Source: an uncultured Gammaproteobacteria bacterium (lineage in GTDB: Bacteria > Pseudomonadota > Gammaproteobacteria > JASBUN01). Taken from it: a DNA stretch of 64,000 nt. The DNA lies in contig CAVZBR010000001.1 in the NCBI GenBank assembly GCA_963773585.1, positions 366,298 through 430,297 on the forward strand, in the 5' to 3' direction. Below the pieces are notes generated by a model. The model did not search any database and was not told the origin of the DNA. It was given only the letters and a program-made list of their open reading frames with translations. The position numbers were made by a program, and so were the translations under genes. Below, in pieces: positions 46,901 to 55,236 of the stretch (the stretch's first letter is position 1; every line of letters begins with the position of its first letter).

Positions 46901-49534
46901 CAATCCGGTGGTGGGCTCGTCGAACAGGAACAGGCGTGGACCGGACAGCGCGTTCTTACCGCTGCTCTTGGCTTTGGCGAGAAACCCGGCCAGCTTCAGA
47001 CGCTGCGCTTCGCCACCGGAAAGGGTCGGTACGGGTTGTCCCAGGCGCAGATAGCGCAGTCCCACCGCGGCCAAAGGCTCCAGGGCCGTCAGCACATCGC
47101 TTTGGCCGGCGAAGAAGTCGACGGCCTCCGACACCGTCATCGCCAGCACGTCGGCGATGGACTTGCCCGGCAGCAGTTTCACTTCCAGCACTTCCGGGCG
47201 ATAGCGCTTACCGTCGCAGTCCGGACAGCGGATGTAGACATCGGACAGGAATTGCATTTCCACGTGTTCGAAACCGGACCCGTTGCAGGTCGGGCAGCGG
47301 CCGGTGCCGGAATTGAAGCTGAACGTGCCTGGCGTGTAGCCCCGTTCCTTCGCCAGCGGCTCGGCGGCGAACAGTTTGCGGATGCCGTCGAAGGCGCCGA
47401 CATAGCTGGCGGGATTGGAGCGCGCCGTCTTGCCGATGGGCGATTGATCCACCAGCACCACGTCGTCGATGTATTGATCGCCGAAGATCGCATCGTGCTC
47501 GCCCGGTTGTTCCACCGGCTTGCCTTTGCGTTTGCGCAAGGCGTTGTAGAGTACGTCCTGGATCAGAGTGGATTTGCCCGAGCCGGACACGCCGGTGATT
47601 GCCACCAGGCGTTGCAGCGGAATCGCGGCATCGACGCTCTGCAGGTTATGTTCCCGCGCGCCCTTGATTTCCAGCCAACGGCTGTCGGCGTCGGGCGGAT
47701 TGGGCTGCGCGTCTTCGGCCACTGTCACATCGCCGCGCAGATAACGTGCGGTCAGCGAGCGCTTGTGGCCCAGCAGTTTCTGCGGCGTGCCGAAGAACAT
47801 CTTTTTGCCACCCCGTTCGCCCGGACCCGGACCGATGTCGAGAATGCGGTCGGCGGCCAGCATCACCTGGGGATCGTGCTCCACCACCAGCAGAGAGTTG
47901 CCGGCATCGCGCAGCTTGTGCATGACGCCGATCACCCGGTGCATGTCGCGCGGGTGCAGGCCGATGGACGGCTCGTCCAGCACGAACAAGGTATTCACCA
48001 GCGAAGTGCCGAGCGCCGTGGTGAGATTGATGCGCTGTACTTCACCGCCGGACAGGGTGCGCGACTGGCGGTCCAGGGTCAGGTAACCAAGGCCGACATC
48101 GGTGAGGTAACGCAGGCGGCTGCGAATCTCGCCCAGCAACAGGTCGGTGGCCTGGTCCAACGGTTGGGGCAAGTGCAGTTGATCGAACAATGCGCGGCAG
48201 CGATCCAGCGGCAGCAGCATCACATCGTGGATGGTCAGCCCGGGCAGGGCAGTGAAGGTCGCCTGATCCAGCTGCATGCGCGGCGGTCGGAAACGCTGCG
48301 TTTCGGGCAGGGCCTGCAAGGCATCGTTGCGGCTGCCCAGGCGCCACCACAAGGCTTCGTCCTTGAGCCGTGCGCCTTCGCAGTCGGGACAACGGTCGTA
48401 GGAGCGGTACTTGGATAGCAGCACGCGGATGTGCATCTTGTAGCTCTTGGATTCGAGCCAGTCGAAGAAGCGGCGCACGCCATACCAGACTTTTTCGTCC
48501 CAACCGCCGTCGCCTTCGATCACCCAGCGCCGTTGGCTTTCGTTCAGCTTGCGCCATGGCACGTCGGTGGGGATGCCGCGCTTGCGCGCATAGCGCATCA
48601 GATCGCCTTGCGACTCGATGTAGCTGTCGGTCTGGAACGGCTTCACCGCGCCTTCGGCCAGAGTCTTGCTCGGATCCGGGATCACCAGGTCGTAGTCGAT
48701 GCCCATGACCCGGCCGAAGCCGCGGCAGGTGTCGCACGCGCCCATCGGAGAATTGAACGAGAACAGATTGGGCAGCGGTTCGCGGTATTCGATGTCGCAT
48801 TCGGCGCAGTGCAGATGCGAAGAGAAACGCCATTGGCGTTTCGGCGCGCGTTGGTCATCGAGTTCGATGACACGCACGTGGCCGTCGCCGGTCTTCAGGG
48901 CGATCTCCAACGCTTCAGTGATGCGCGGGCGATTGTCATCGCTGAGGCGCAGCCGGTCCTGCACCACTTCCAGGGTGCCTTCGTGCTCGCTGTGAATGCG
49001 GGTGTAGCCTTGCTTTTCCAGCAACCTGCGTACTTCTTCGCTGCTGAAGTTGTGGGGCACCGACACCGGAAACACGATCAACGCCCGCGCGCCGGATTCG
49101 GCACGCTGCAACAGCGTCTGCAAGATGCTCTGCGCATCGTCCCGACGCACCGGCTCGCCGCAGCCGCGACAGTGCAGGGCGGCGGCGCGAGCGAACAGCA
49201 GTTTCAGATGATCGTTGAGCTCGGTCATGGTGCCGACCGTGGAGCGCGAGGTGCGCACGGGATTGGTCTGATCGATGGCGATGGCGGGCGGGATGCCGTC
49301 GATGCGATCCACCTGGGGCTTGTCCATTCGATCCAGGAACTGGCGCGCATAGGGCGAGAACGTTTCGACGTAGCGGCGCTGGCCCTCGGCATAGACTGTG
49401 TCGAACGCCAGGGACGACTTGCCGGAACCGGACACGCCGGTCACGACGATCAGTTCGTACAGCGGTAATTTCAGGGACAGGTCCTGCAGATTGTTCTGCC
49501 GGGCGCCCTCCACCAATATGCGGTCGTTGGCCAT
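43964..49534 (-). CDS. tandem-duplicated UvrA-like ABC ATPase (two complete UvrA units fused, four ABC cassettes)
   Basis: Single uninterrupted 1912-aa ORF (43964..49702). Likely start MANDRILVEGARQNNLQDL at 49534. Four Walker A GVSGSGKSS/T sites, each followed by an ABC signature LSGGE (first unit ..TLSGGEVQR.. / ..TLSGGEAQR..; second unit ..TLSGGEAQRI.. twice). UvrA Zn-module cysteine pairs are present in both halves. Confidence 0.85.
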   Translation of the reverse strand: MANDRILVEGARQNNLQDLSLKLPLYELIVVTGVSGSGKSSLAFDTVYAEGQRRYVETFSPYARQFLDRMDKPQVDRIDGIPPAIAIDQTNPVRTSRSTVGTMTELNDHLKLLFARAAALHCRGCGEPVRRDDAQSILQTLLQRAESGARALIVFPVSVPHNFSSEEVRRLLEKQGYTRIHSEHEGTLEVVQDRLRLSDDNRPRITEALEIALKTGDGHVRVIELDDQRAPKRQWRFSSHLHCAECDIEYREPLPNLFSFNSPMGACDTCRGFGRVMGIDYDLVIPDPSKTLAEGAVKPFQTDSYIESQGDLMRYARKRGIPTDVPWRKLNESQRRWVIEGDGGWDEKVWYGVRRFFDWLESKSYKMHIRVLLSKYRSYDRCPDCEGARLKDEALWWRLGSRNDALQALPETQRFRPPRMQLDQATFTALPGLTIHDVMLLPLDRCRALFDQLHLPQPLDQATDLLLGEIRSRLRYLTDVGLGYLTLDRQSRTLSGGEVQRINLTTALGTSLVNTLFVLDEPSIGLHPRDMHRVIGVMHKLRDAGNSLLVVEHDPQVMLAADRILDIGPGPGERGGKKMFFGTPQKLLGHKRSLTARYLRGDVTVAEDAQPNPPDADSRWLEIKGAREHNLQSVDAAIPLQRLVAITGVSGSGKSTLIQDVLYNALRKRKGKPVEQPGEHDAIFGDQYIDDVVLVDQSPIGKTARSNPASYVGAFDGIRKLFAAEPLAKERGYTPGTFSFNSGTGRCPTCNGSGFEHVEMQFLSDVYIRCPDCDGKRYRPEVLEVKLLPGKSIADVLAMTVSEAVDFFAGQSDVLTALEPLAAVGLRYLRLGQPVPTLSGGEAQRLKLAGFLAKAKSSGKNALSGPRLFLFDEPTTGLHFDDIATLLRAFRALLTEGHSLVVIEHNLDVIAASDWIIDLGPEGGDGGGRILCTGAPAQVAADSGSHTGKALRDYAANNAALRQQALLPAPAAREKVKAHDAIEIRHAREHNLRNVDIRIPRDKFTVITGVSGSGKSTVAFDILFNEGQRRYLESLNAYARQFVQPSARPDVDAVYGIPPTVAIEQRTSRGGRKSTVATMTEIYHFLRLLFVKLGTQYCPECDVPIEPQTLEAIVAQLQRNFRERTVQLYAPLVVARKGYYTDLAKWAAAKGFQQLRVDGELLPTEPWPRLDRFAEHNIDLPLGEVRVQSRNETVLRDALRKALEYGNGRVQVATTGKGKHKETIFSTERACPSCGTSFDELDPRMFSYNSKHGWCPSCFGTGMELQDFDEEQTGEEIWWNDWYEGAEHVCPECEGRRLRPEALAVRFHDRSIAEYAALPVAAAEKHFDKLRLRGRDADIARDLLAELRARLRFLNEVGLGYLGLDRAAPTLSGGEAQRIRLASQLGSNLRGVCYILDEPTIGLHPRDNRMLLDTLRKLEDKGNTVVVVEHDEDTIRSAQHVVDLGPGAGVQGGRVVAEGTVHQLMQARDSVTGRALAKPLQHPMLPRRPTSLRAKSAPAAVDTLSVVGASLHNLKNVNAKFPLQRLVCVSGVSGSGKSSLVRDVLRDNVQQQVARRRRKRAALHGCRELLGAEHIDRVLEVDQTPIGKTPRSCPATYIGIWDRVRKLFAATPEARIRAYGPGRFSFNTSGGRCEGCEGQGFKKIEMSFLPDVKVPCEVCGGARFNAETMTVTYKDQNVAEVLAMDVDDAVTFFQAHPAIHHSLRLLQDVGLGYLTLGQPSPTLSGGEAQRIKLVTELAKARPVDDARAAGDAQPRSGRQTLYVLDEPTVGLHMADVEKLIRVLHRLVDAGHSVVVIEHNLDVLAEADWLIDLGPEGGDGGGRIVAQGPPEQVAASKSKSHTARILKEFLNERGWRN

Positions 49535-49544
49535 AGGAACCGTA

Positions 49545-49562
49545 CGCGACCCGGTCGGGTCG
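49545..49562. promoter_or_regulatory. GC-rich palindrome GCGACCCG-GT-CGGGTCGC in the 5' leader of the uvrA-like gene
   Basis: 8-bp perfect arms lying 11-28 nt upstream of the proposed start codon (minus-strand gene). Confidence 0.35.
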
Positions 49563-49623
49563 CGATCAAAGAGATTGGCTACAGGAAGCCGGCATTTTAC
49601 CCTAAGCCGCCCTTTGGTTTCTG

Positions 49624-49692
49624 CCGCGGGCGCGGTATGGATATCATGGGCGGTGGCGCCGGCCCGGGGATATTCCCGCGGGCGCGGTATGG
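49624..49692. repeat. two direct copies of CCGCGGGCGCGGTATGG, 52 bp apart, upstream of the uvrA-like gene
   Basis: Exact 17-nt repeat at 49624-49640 and 49676-49692, each followed by G(G/T)ATAT-like sequence. Confidence 0.4.
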
Positions 49693-49715
49693 TCGAAGCC
49701 AACGAGAGGATTTGT

Positions 49716-49931
49716 ATGCGCTATCGTATTGATCAGGCGGCCCAACAGGCTGCTGGTACCAGCACCGAGTCGTTCGTTGTCGGATCGGTCTTTCTGGGTC
49801 TGATCATCGGCGTCATACTGGTGTTGGTAGGTATGCGTGGCCGACAATACTGGATCGCTGTTTGGGGCGGTTCACTGGTGGTCGCCAGCGTTTTGTACCT
49901 GGGGGCCGCCGCATTGGGACTTACTGGCTGA
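49716..49931 (+). CDS. small two-TM membrane protein
   Basis: GAGAGGA RBS then ATG 49716. 71 aa (MRYRIDQAAQQAAGTSTESFVVGSVFLGLIIGVILVLVGMRGRQYWIAVWGGSLVVASVLYLGAAALGLTG). Confidence 0.4.
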   Translation: MRYRIDQAAQQAAGTSTESFVVGSVFLGLIIGVILVLVGMRGRQYWIAVWGGSLVVASVLYLGAAALGLTG

Positions 49932-49946
49932 CGAGCGAGGTGCGCT

Positions 49947-50327
49947 ATGGTCGATCAACTCGCGTGTTGGAAATGCGGCAATACGCTGGCGTTCCTGTCC
50001 TTGGCGCTGCGCGACGAATGTCCCGCCTGCGCCGCCGAACTGCACGTATGCCGCATGTGCCGGTTCTACGATCCCCGAGTCTCGCAGGCGTGCACCGAGC
50101 CGGTTGCCGAACCGGTGCTGGACAAGGAGCGGGCGAACTTTTGCGGCTACTTTGAACCGACCCCGAATGCCTTCAGGCCGGAGGACCAAGCGGCATTGCG
50201 CGCCCGGCGGGAACTCGAGGCGTTGTTCGGTCCTGCATCCGGCGGAGACTCGAGCCTGGCCAACACTTCGGACAGCGCCCGGGAGGCACTCGACAGCTTG
50301 TTCGGCGCCCCCGGTTCCAAGCCGTGA
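49947..50327 (+). CDS. small Cys-rich (zinc-ribbon-like) protein
   Basis: 126 aa with CWKC..CPAC..CRMC..C cysteine pairs. Confidence 0.45.
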   Translation: MVDQLACWKCGNTLAFLSLALRDECPACAAELHVCRMCRFYDPRVSQACTEPVAEPVLDKERANFCGYFEPTPNAFRPEDQAALRARRELEALFGPASGGDSSLANTSDSAREALDSLFGAPGSKP

Positions 50328-50351
50328 TGGAATCGACCATCGTGCCAGTGC

Positions 50352-51127
50352 TCAGACAAGCAGCCGCCGCCGCACCATGACCACGGCTAAGTAGTAGCTG
50401 ACGACCGCGTACGCCGCGAGTACTCCGACGTGCAGCAAAGGTTGCGTCAACGGCAGTCCCGCAAGCAACGGGCGGCACAGTGCTACGGCGTGGGTGAGGG
50501 GCAGCACCTGCACCACACCTTGAACCACGGCCGGAAGGGTTGAGATGGGATAGAACACGCCCGAAAGCAGCAGCATGGGTGTGATCACCAGGACGAAGTA
50601 GTAGTTGAAGAAATCATAGTTCGAAGCCACCGCGCTCATGATCATCGCCGGTCCGGCGAAACAAAGCCCGGTGAGAAACACCGCCGGCAATACCCACAAC
50701 GCCTGCCAGCCATGTACCACCCCCAGGATGCTGGCGACGATATAAATCGCAATACCGCTGAACAGGCTCTTGGTGGCGCACCAGACCATTTCGCCGGCGA
50801 GAATGTCATCCACTTCGATTGGAGTTGCGAGCAGCGCCTCATAGGTGCGCTGGGGCACCATGCGCGTGAACACGGAGTACATGCCCTCGAAGGTCGCCGT
50901 GGTCATGGCCGAGGAAGCGATGATGCCGGAGGCGAGGAATGTCAGGTAGGGCATCTCCCCCATGGTGCGAATGAAGAAGCCGAGCCCGTAGCCGAGTCCC
51001 AGCAGGTACAGAGTCGGCTCGCCGAAGTTCATGACGATCGCCGGGCCCAGCAATTTGCGCCACACGCGCACATTGCGATGCCAGACGGCGAAAGCGCCGC
51101 GCCTGGCCCGCGGTAAGCGCCACCGGT

Positions 51128-51131
<4 letters not shown>
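50352..51131 (-). CDS. ABC-2 type transporter permease (NodJ-like)
   Basis: Six-TM ABC-2 permease sequence (..FGEPTLYLLGLGYGLG..). Start uncertain, probably TTG 51131 overlapping the ATPase stop. ORF-track N-terminal extension to 51437 rejected. Confidence 0.7.
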
Positions 51132-52078
<947 letters not shown>

Positions 52079-52087
52079 CGCCGGCCC

Positions 52088-52651
52088 TCAAACACGGGAA
52101 ATGAATTCGCCGGTGAGGGTGTTGACCTTGACCTGCTCCCCGGCTGCCAGGTATTCAGGCACCTGCACCACCAGACCGGTGTTGAGCGTGGCCGGCTTGT
52201 TGCGGGCGGAAGCGGTTGCGCCTTTCATGGCCGGCGACGTGTCGACGACTTCCAGGATCACGGTAGCGGGCAGTTCGATGCCAAGCACGACGCCATCGGC
52301 GATCAAGGCGTAAATGTTTTCGAGGCCGTCGACCAGGTAAGGACGTTCGTCGGCCACGGCGTCGTCAGCGAGACTGTACTGCTCGTAGGTCTCGGCATCC
52401 ATAAACGTACAGCCGTCGGTATCCTGAAACAGATATTGCACCGGCCGGCGTTCGAACTCCACCGACTGCAGCATGTCGTCGCCCTTGAAGCTGCGCTCGA
52501 ATTTCTGCTTGCTGGCGACATCCTGGCCGCGGGCCTTGTACAAGGTATTGCCACTGCGGGAGGAAGCGGTTTGCACTTGCACTTCTTTGATGTAGATGCT
52601 GCGGCCGTCGAGCTGGATTACGTGGCCTTTTTTCAATTCACTGGCTTTCAT
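52088..52651 (-). CDS. efpL: elongation factor P-like protein EfpL (YeiP family)
   Basis: ..[26 protein letters not shown].. is near-identical to E. coli YeiP ..[26 protein letters not shown]... 187 aa. Confidence 0.85.
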   Translation of the reverse strand: [187 protein letters not shown]

Positions 52652-52745
52652 GGGATGGTTGCCGCTGGGCGTTGGGGAACAGGGTCGCTATTGTAGCGGC
52701 TGGGGCAAACGGCGGCCACGAACCATGATCGGTGAACGAAAAAAA

Positions 52746-52765
52746 GCCCGGCCGAAGGCCGGGCT
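52746..52765 (-). terminator. Rho-independent terminator after EF-hand gene 52797..53120
   Basis: gcccggcc-gaag-ggccgggc hairpin followed on the minus strand by a U7 run (plus-strand A7 at 52739-52745). Confidence 0.6.
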
Positions 52766-52796
52766 CTGCGGTCAACACCGGCCGATTAGAGCGACA

Positions 52797-53120
52797 TCAA
52801 TCGCTGCCGGCTTTGGCAGGTTTGTCGCTCGGCGCGGAACTCGAGTGCGACATACTCGACTTCTTGGTGTGGCGCCCAACCTCGAAAGCGCTGAATTCGG
52901 ACTTGGTGATCGTGCCGTCGCTGTCGGCGTCCGCGGCGCTCCAGTCTTTCTTCAGAGTCTTGTTGGCTTTGGCTTCGTCCTTGCTGATCTTGCCGTCGTG
53001 GTTCTTATCCAATTTGTTGAACTGTTTGTCGTACTTCGTGCTGCTGTCCATGCTGTCTGCGGCGACCGATGCAGTCGCAAACACACTGGCCGCGATCAAA
53101 ACCATCAAACGCTTGTTCAT
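52797..53120 (-). CDS. secreted EF-hand calcium-binding protein
   Basis: ATG 53120 after a GGAGGA RBS. Signal peptide MNKRLMVLIAASVFATASVAA. EF loops DKNHDGKISKDE and DADSDGTITKSE. Confidence 0.7.
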   Translation of the reverse strand: MNKRLMVLIAASVFATASVAADSMDSSTKYDKQFNKLDKNHDGKISKDEAKANKTLKKDWSAADADSDGTITKSEFSAFEVGRHTKKSSMSHSSSAPSDKPAKAGSD

Positions 53121-53303
53121 TACTGTTTCCTCCGCGGAGAAAAAATGGTCACGGGCCGGAGCCCTGAAGCTTCTGTCCGCCGACTTTGCGACGGTGGCGA
53201 CAGTGTAGTCTTTCGCCGTCCGTGGACTAGTGGCGCGCACGCGATTCTACGTCGTCTTTTGACGTCATCGTTTTCAACGTCGTAAAAGGATCAAAAGCCG
53301 AAT

Positions 53304-53329
53304 GCGCGGGACCCGTAGCGGGTCCCGCG
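53304..53329 (-). terminator. putative terminator hairpin after EF-hand gene 53353..53664
   Basis: Perfect 11-bp stem gcgcgggaccc/gggtcccgcgc with U-rich sequence a few nt downstream on the minus strand. Confidence 0.4.
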
Positions 53330-53352
53330 AACCGTATCGAGACTTGCAGTTT

Positions 53353-53664
53353 CTACTTTTCGCCGGAAGCGTCGCCGCCGCTAGCCGGCGCAGCGGCGCC
53401 CGGGTTTTCAGCTTCGAATGCGCTGAACTCGGATTGGTCGATACTGCCGTCGGCATTGGCGTCGGCCTTGCTCCAGTTGGCCTTCAATTCGCCCTGTGCT
53501 TCCTCTTTGCTGATCTTGCCGTCACCGTTGCTGTCCAGGCTGCTGAACTGGTCGCCGCTGTTTCCCATAGCCGAGCCCGAACCGGTATCCTTCGACATGC
53601 CGGCCGCGCCGGCGCTGGCGGCGAACGCCGTGGCGGCAAGAAATACGAAGATTCGCTTGTCCAT
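53353..53664 (-). CDS. secreted EF-hand calcium-binding protein
   Basis: Signal peptide MDKRIFVFLAATAFAASAGAA. EF loops DSNGDGKISKEE and DANADGSIDQSE. Confidence 0.7.
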   Translation of the reverse strand: MDKRIFVFLAATAFAASAGAAGMSKDTGSGSAMGNSGDQFSSLDSNGDGKISKEEAQGELKANWSKADANADGSIDQSEFSAFEAENPGAAAPASGGDASGEK

Positions 53665-53965
53665 AGCTACAACTCCTCACGTGGAGAATGATGTTGGCCC
53701 CAGCGCGCCGAAACGCGTCGTGGCGGCCCTCTTGCCCGCCGTAGGAATGTCGGCGGTGGAGGAAGTGTAGGGGAGCCGTGATAGCCTGCAAGGACGCCTA
53801 AGTTGCCTCCCGGCTTGGCCCGGTTTAGCGTGACGGGAGTGTTACTGCTGATGCATTCGGCCCATGCAATGAACATATTTTCAACGCCCCAAAACGGTGA
53901 TGATCGGACACGACCTTGCGGATGATTGCGATGACAGAATGGTGCAGTGCAATCGGCGGCGAGCC

Positions 53966-54517
53966 ATGTTGATTGCGGGCATGGTGTTGTTTTTCGCGAC
54001 GCACATGTTGCCCTGGTTGCCGCCGTTGCGGGCCGCAATGATCCGGGGCCTGGGGGAGCGCGCCTATCAAGGCGCGTTTGCGCTGCTATCGCTGGCGGGA
54101 TTCGTGATGATGATCGCCGGTTTCGGCCGCGCGCCTTTCGTACCGGTGTACGCGCCACCGCCTTGGGGCGCGCATCTGGCGTTGGCGCTGATGTTGCCGG
54201 CATCGGTTTTATTGGCCGCGGCCTATGCTCCGGGCAACGTACGCCGTTTCACGCGCCACCCGATGCTGTGGGGTGTCACGTTGTGGGCGCTGGCGCATCT
54301 GCTCGCCAACGGCGATCGCGCCGCGCTGTTGTTGTTCGGCGGCTTTGGGGTCTACGCCTTGCTGGACATGTTGTCGGCGAATTTACGCGGCACTCAGAAA
54401 TCCACAGCGCACGTCCCATGGTCGCGGGACGCATTCAACGTGATCATCGGTCTCGTGGTCTATGGCGGTCTGCTGCGTTTGCATCCGATTTTGTTCGGCG
54501 TGTCGCCATTGCATTGA
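53966..54517 (+). CDS. NnrU-family membrane protein
   Basis: Start MLIAGMVLFFATHMLPW... About 183 aa with 5-6 TM segments and an NnrU-like pattern of conserved His and Trp. Stop overlaps the start of the downstream ABC ATPase. Confidence 0.5.
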   Translation: MLIAGMVLFFATHMLPWLPPLRAAMIRGLGERAYQGAFALLSLAGFVMMIAGFGRAPFVPVYAPPPWGAHLALALMLPASVLLAAAYAPGNVRRFTRHPMLWGVTLWALAHLLANGDRAALLLFGGFGVYALLDMLSANLRGTQKSTAHVPWSRDAFNVIIGLVVYGGLLRLHPILFGVSPLH

Positions 54518-55236
54518 ACGTGGATACGCTTCCGCCGGAAACCGAGTCTCCGCTGCTGCAGGTGCGCGACCTGCAGCGTGCGTTTCGAGAGGGCGACCGT
54601 ACGCGCAGCGTCCTGCGCGGTGTCGACCTGCAAGTGCAGCGTGGCCGGATCGTCGCCCTGTTGGGACGCAGCGGCTCTGGTAAATCCACGCTCCTCAATC
54701 TGCTCAGCGGCATCGATTACCCCGACGAAGGTTCGATTCATATCGACGGTATCGAGATCAGCGCATTATCGGAGCGCGAGCGCACTTTGTTCCGGCGCCG
54801 TCACATCGGGTTCATCTATCAGTTCTTCAATCTGATCCCGACCCTGAGCGTGGTCGAGAACGTGCGCCTGCCGCTGGAACTCATCGGCCGACGCCGGGAC
54901 TCGGCAGCCGAAGCACTGCGGTTGCTGGCCGAAGTGGCGTTGGCCGATCGCGCCGACGCGTTTCCGGACCGCCTGTCCGGCGGCGAACAACAACGGGTCG
55001 CCATTGCCCGGGCACTGGTGCATGAACCGGTCCTGGTGCTCGCGGACGAACCCACCGGTAACTTGGATGCCGAAAGCGGTCGCCGGGTGCTGGCGCTGCT
55101 GCAACGTCTGGTTCGGGAGCGCGGCCAGACGTTGATCGTGGTCACCCATTCCAGGGAAGTGGCGGCGATCGCCGACCAAGTGCTGGTGTTGCAGGACGGC
55201 CGTCCTGCAGGCATGGAGGAACAGCAGGGATGGTGA
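54514..55236 (+). CDS. ABC transporter ATP-binding protein (LolD/MacB-type, AttE-like)
   Basis: Walker A GRSGSGKST. Signature LSGGEQQRVAIARAL. TTG 54514 or GTG 54520 start. Confidence 0.85.
   Translation: MNVDTLPPETESPLLQVRDLQRAFREGDRTRSVLRGVDLQVQRGRIVALLGRSGSGKSTLLNLLSGIDYPDEGSIHIDGIEISALSERERTLFRRRHIGFIYQFFNLIPTLSVVENVRLPLELIGRRRDSAAEALRLLAEVALADRADAFPDRLSGGEQQRVAIARALVHEPVLVLADEPTGNLDAESGRRVLALLQRLVRERGQTLIVVTHSREVAAIADQVLVLQDGRPAGMEEQQGW

Noticed and set aside
44843-48418. 1191-aa plus-strand ORF (and many shorter ones) antisense to the uvrA-like gene
   Set aside because: Inside a continuous 5.7-kb ORF with four sets of UvrA motifs. The antisense frame has no motifs and biased composition.
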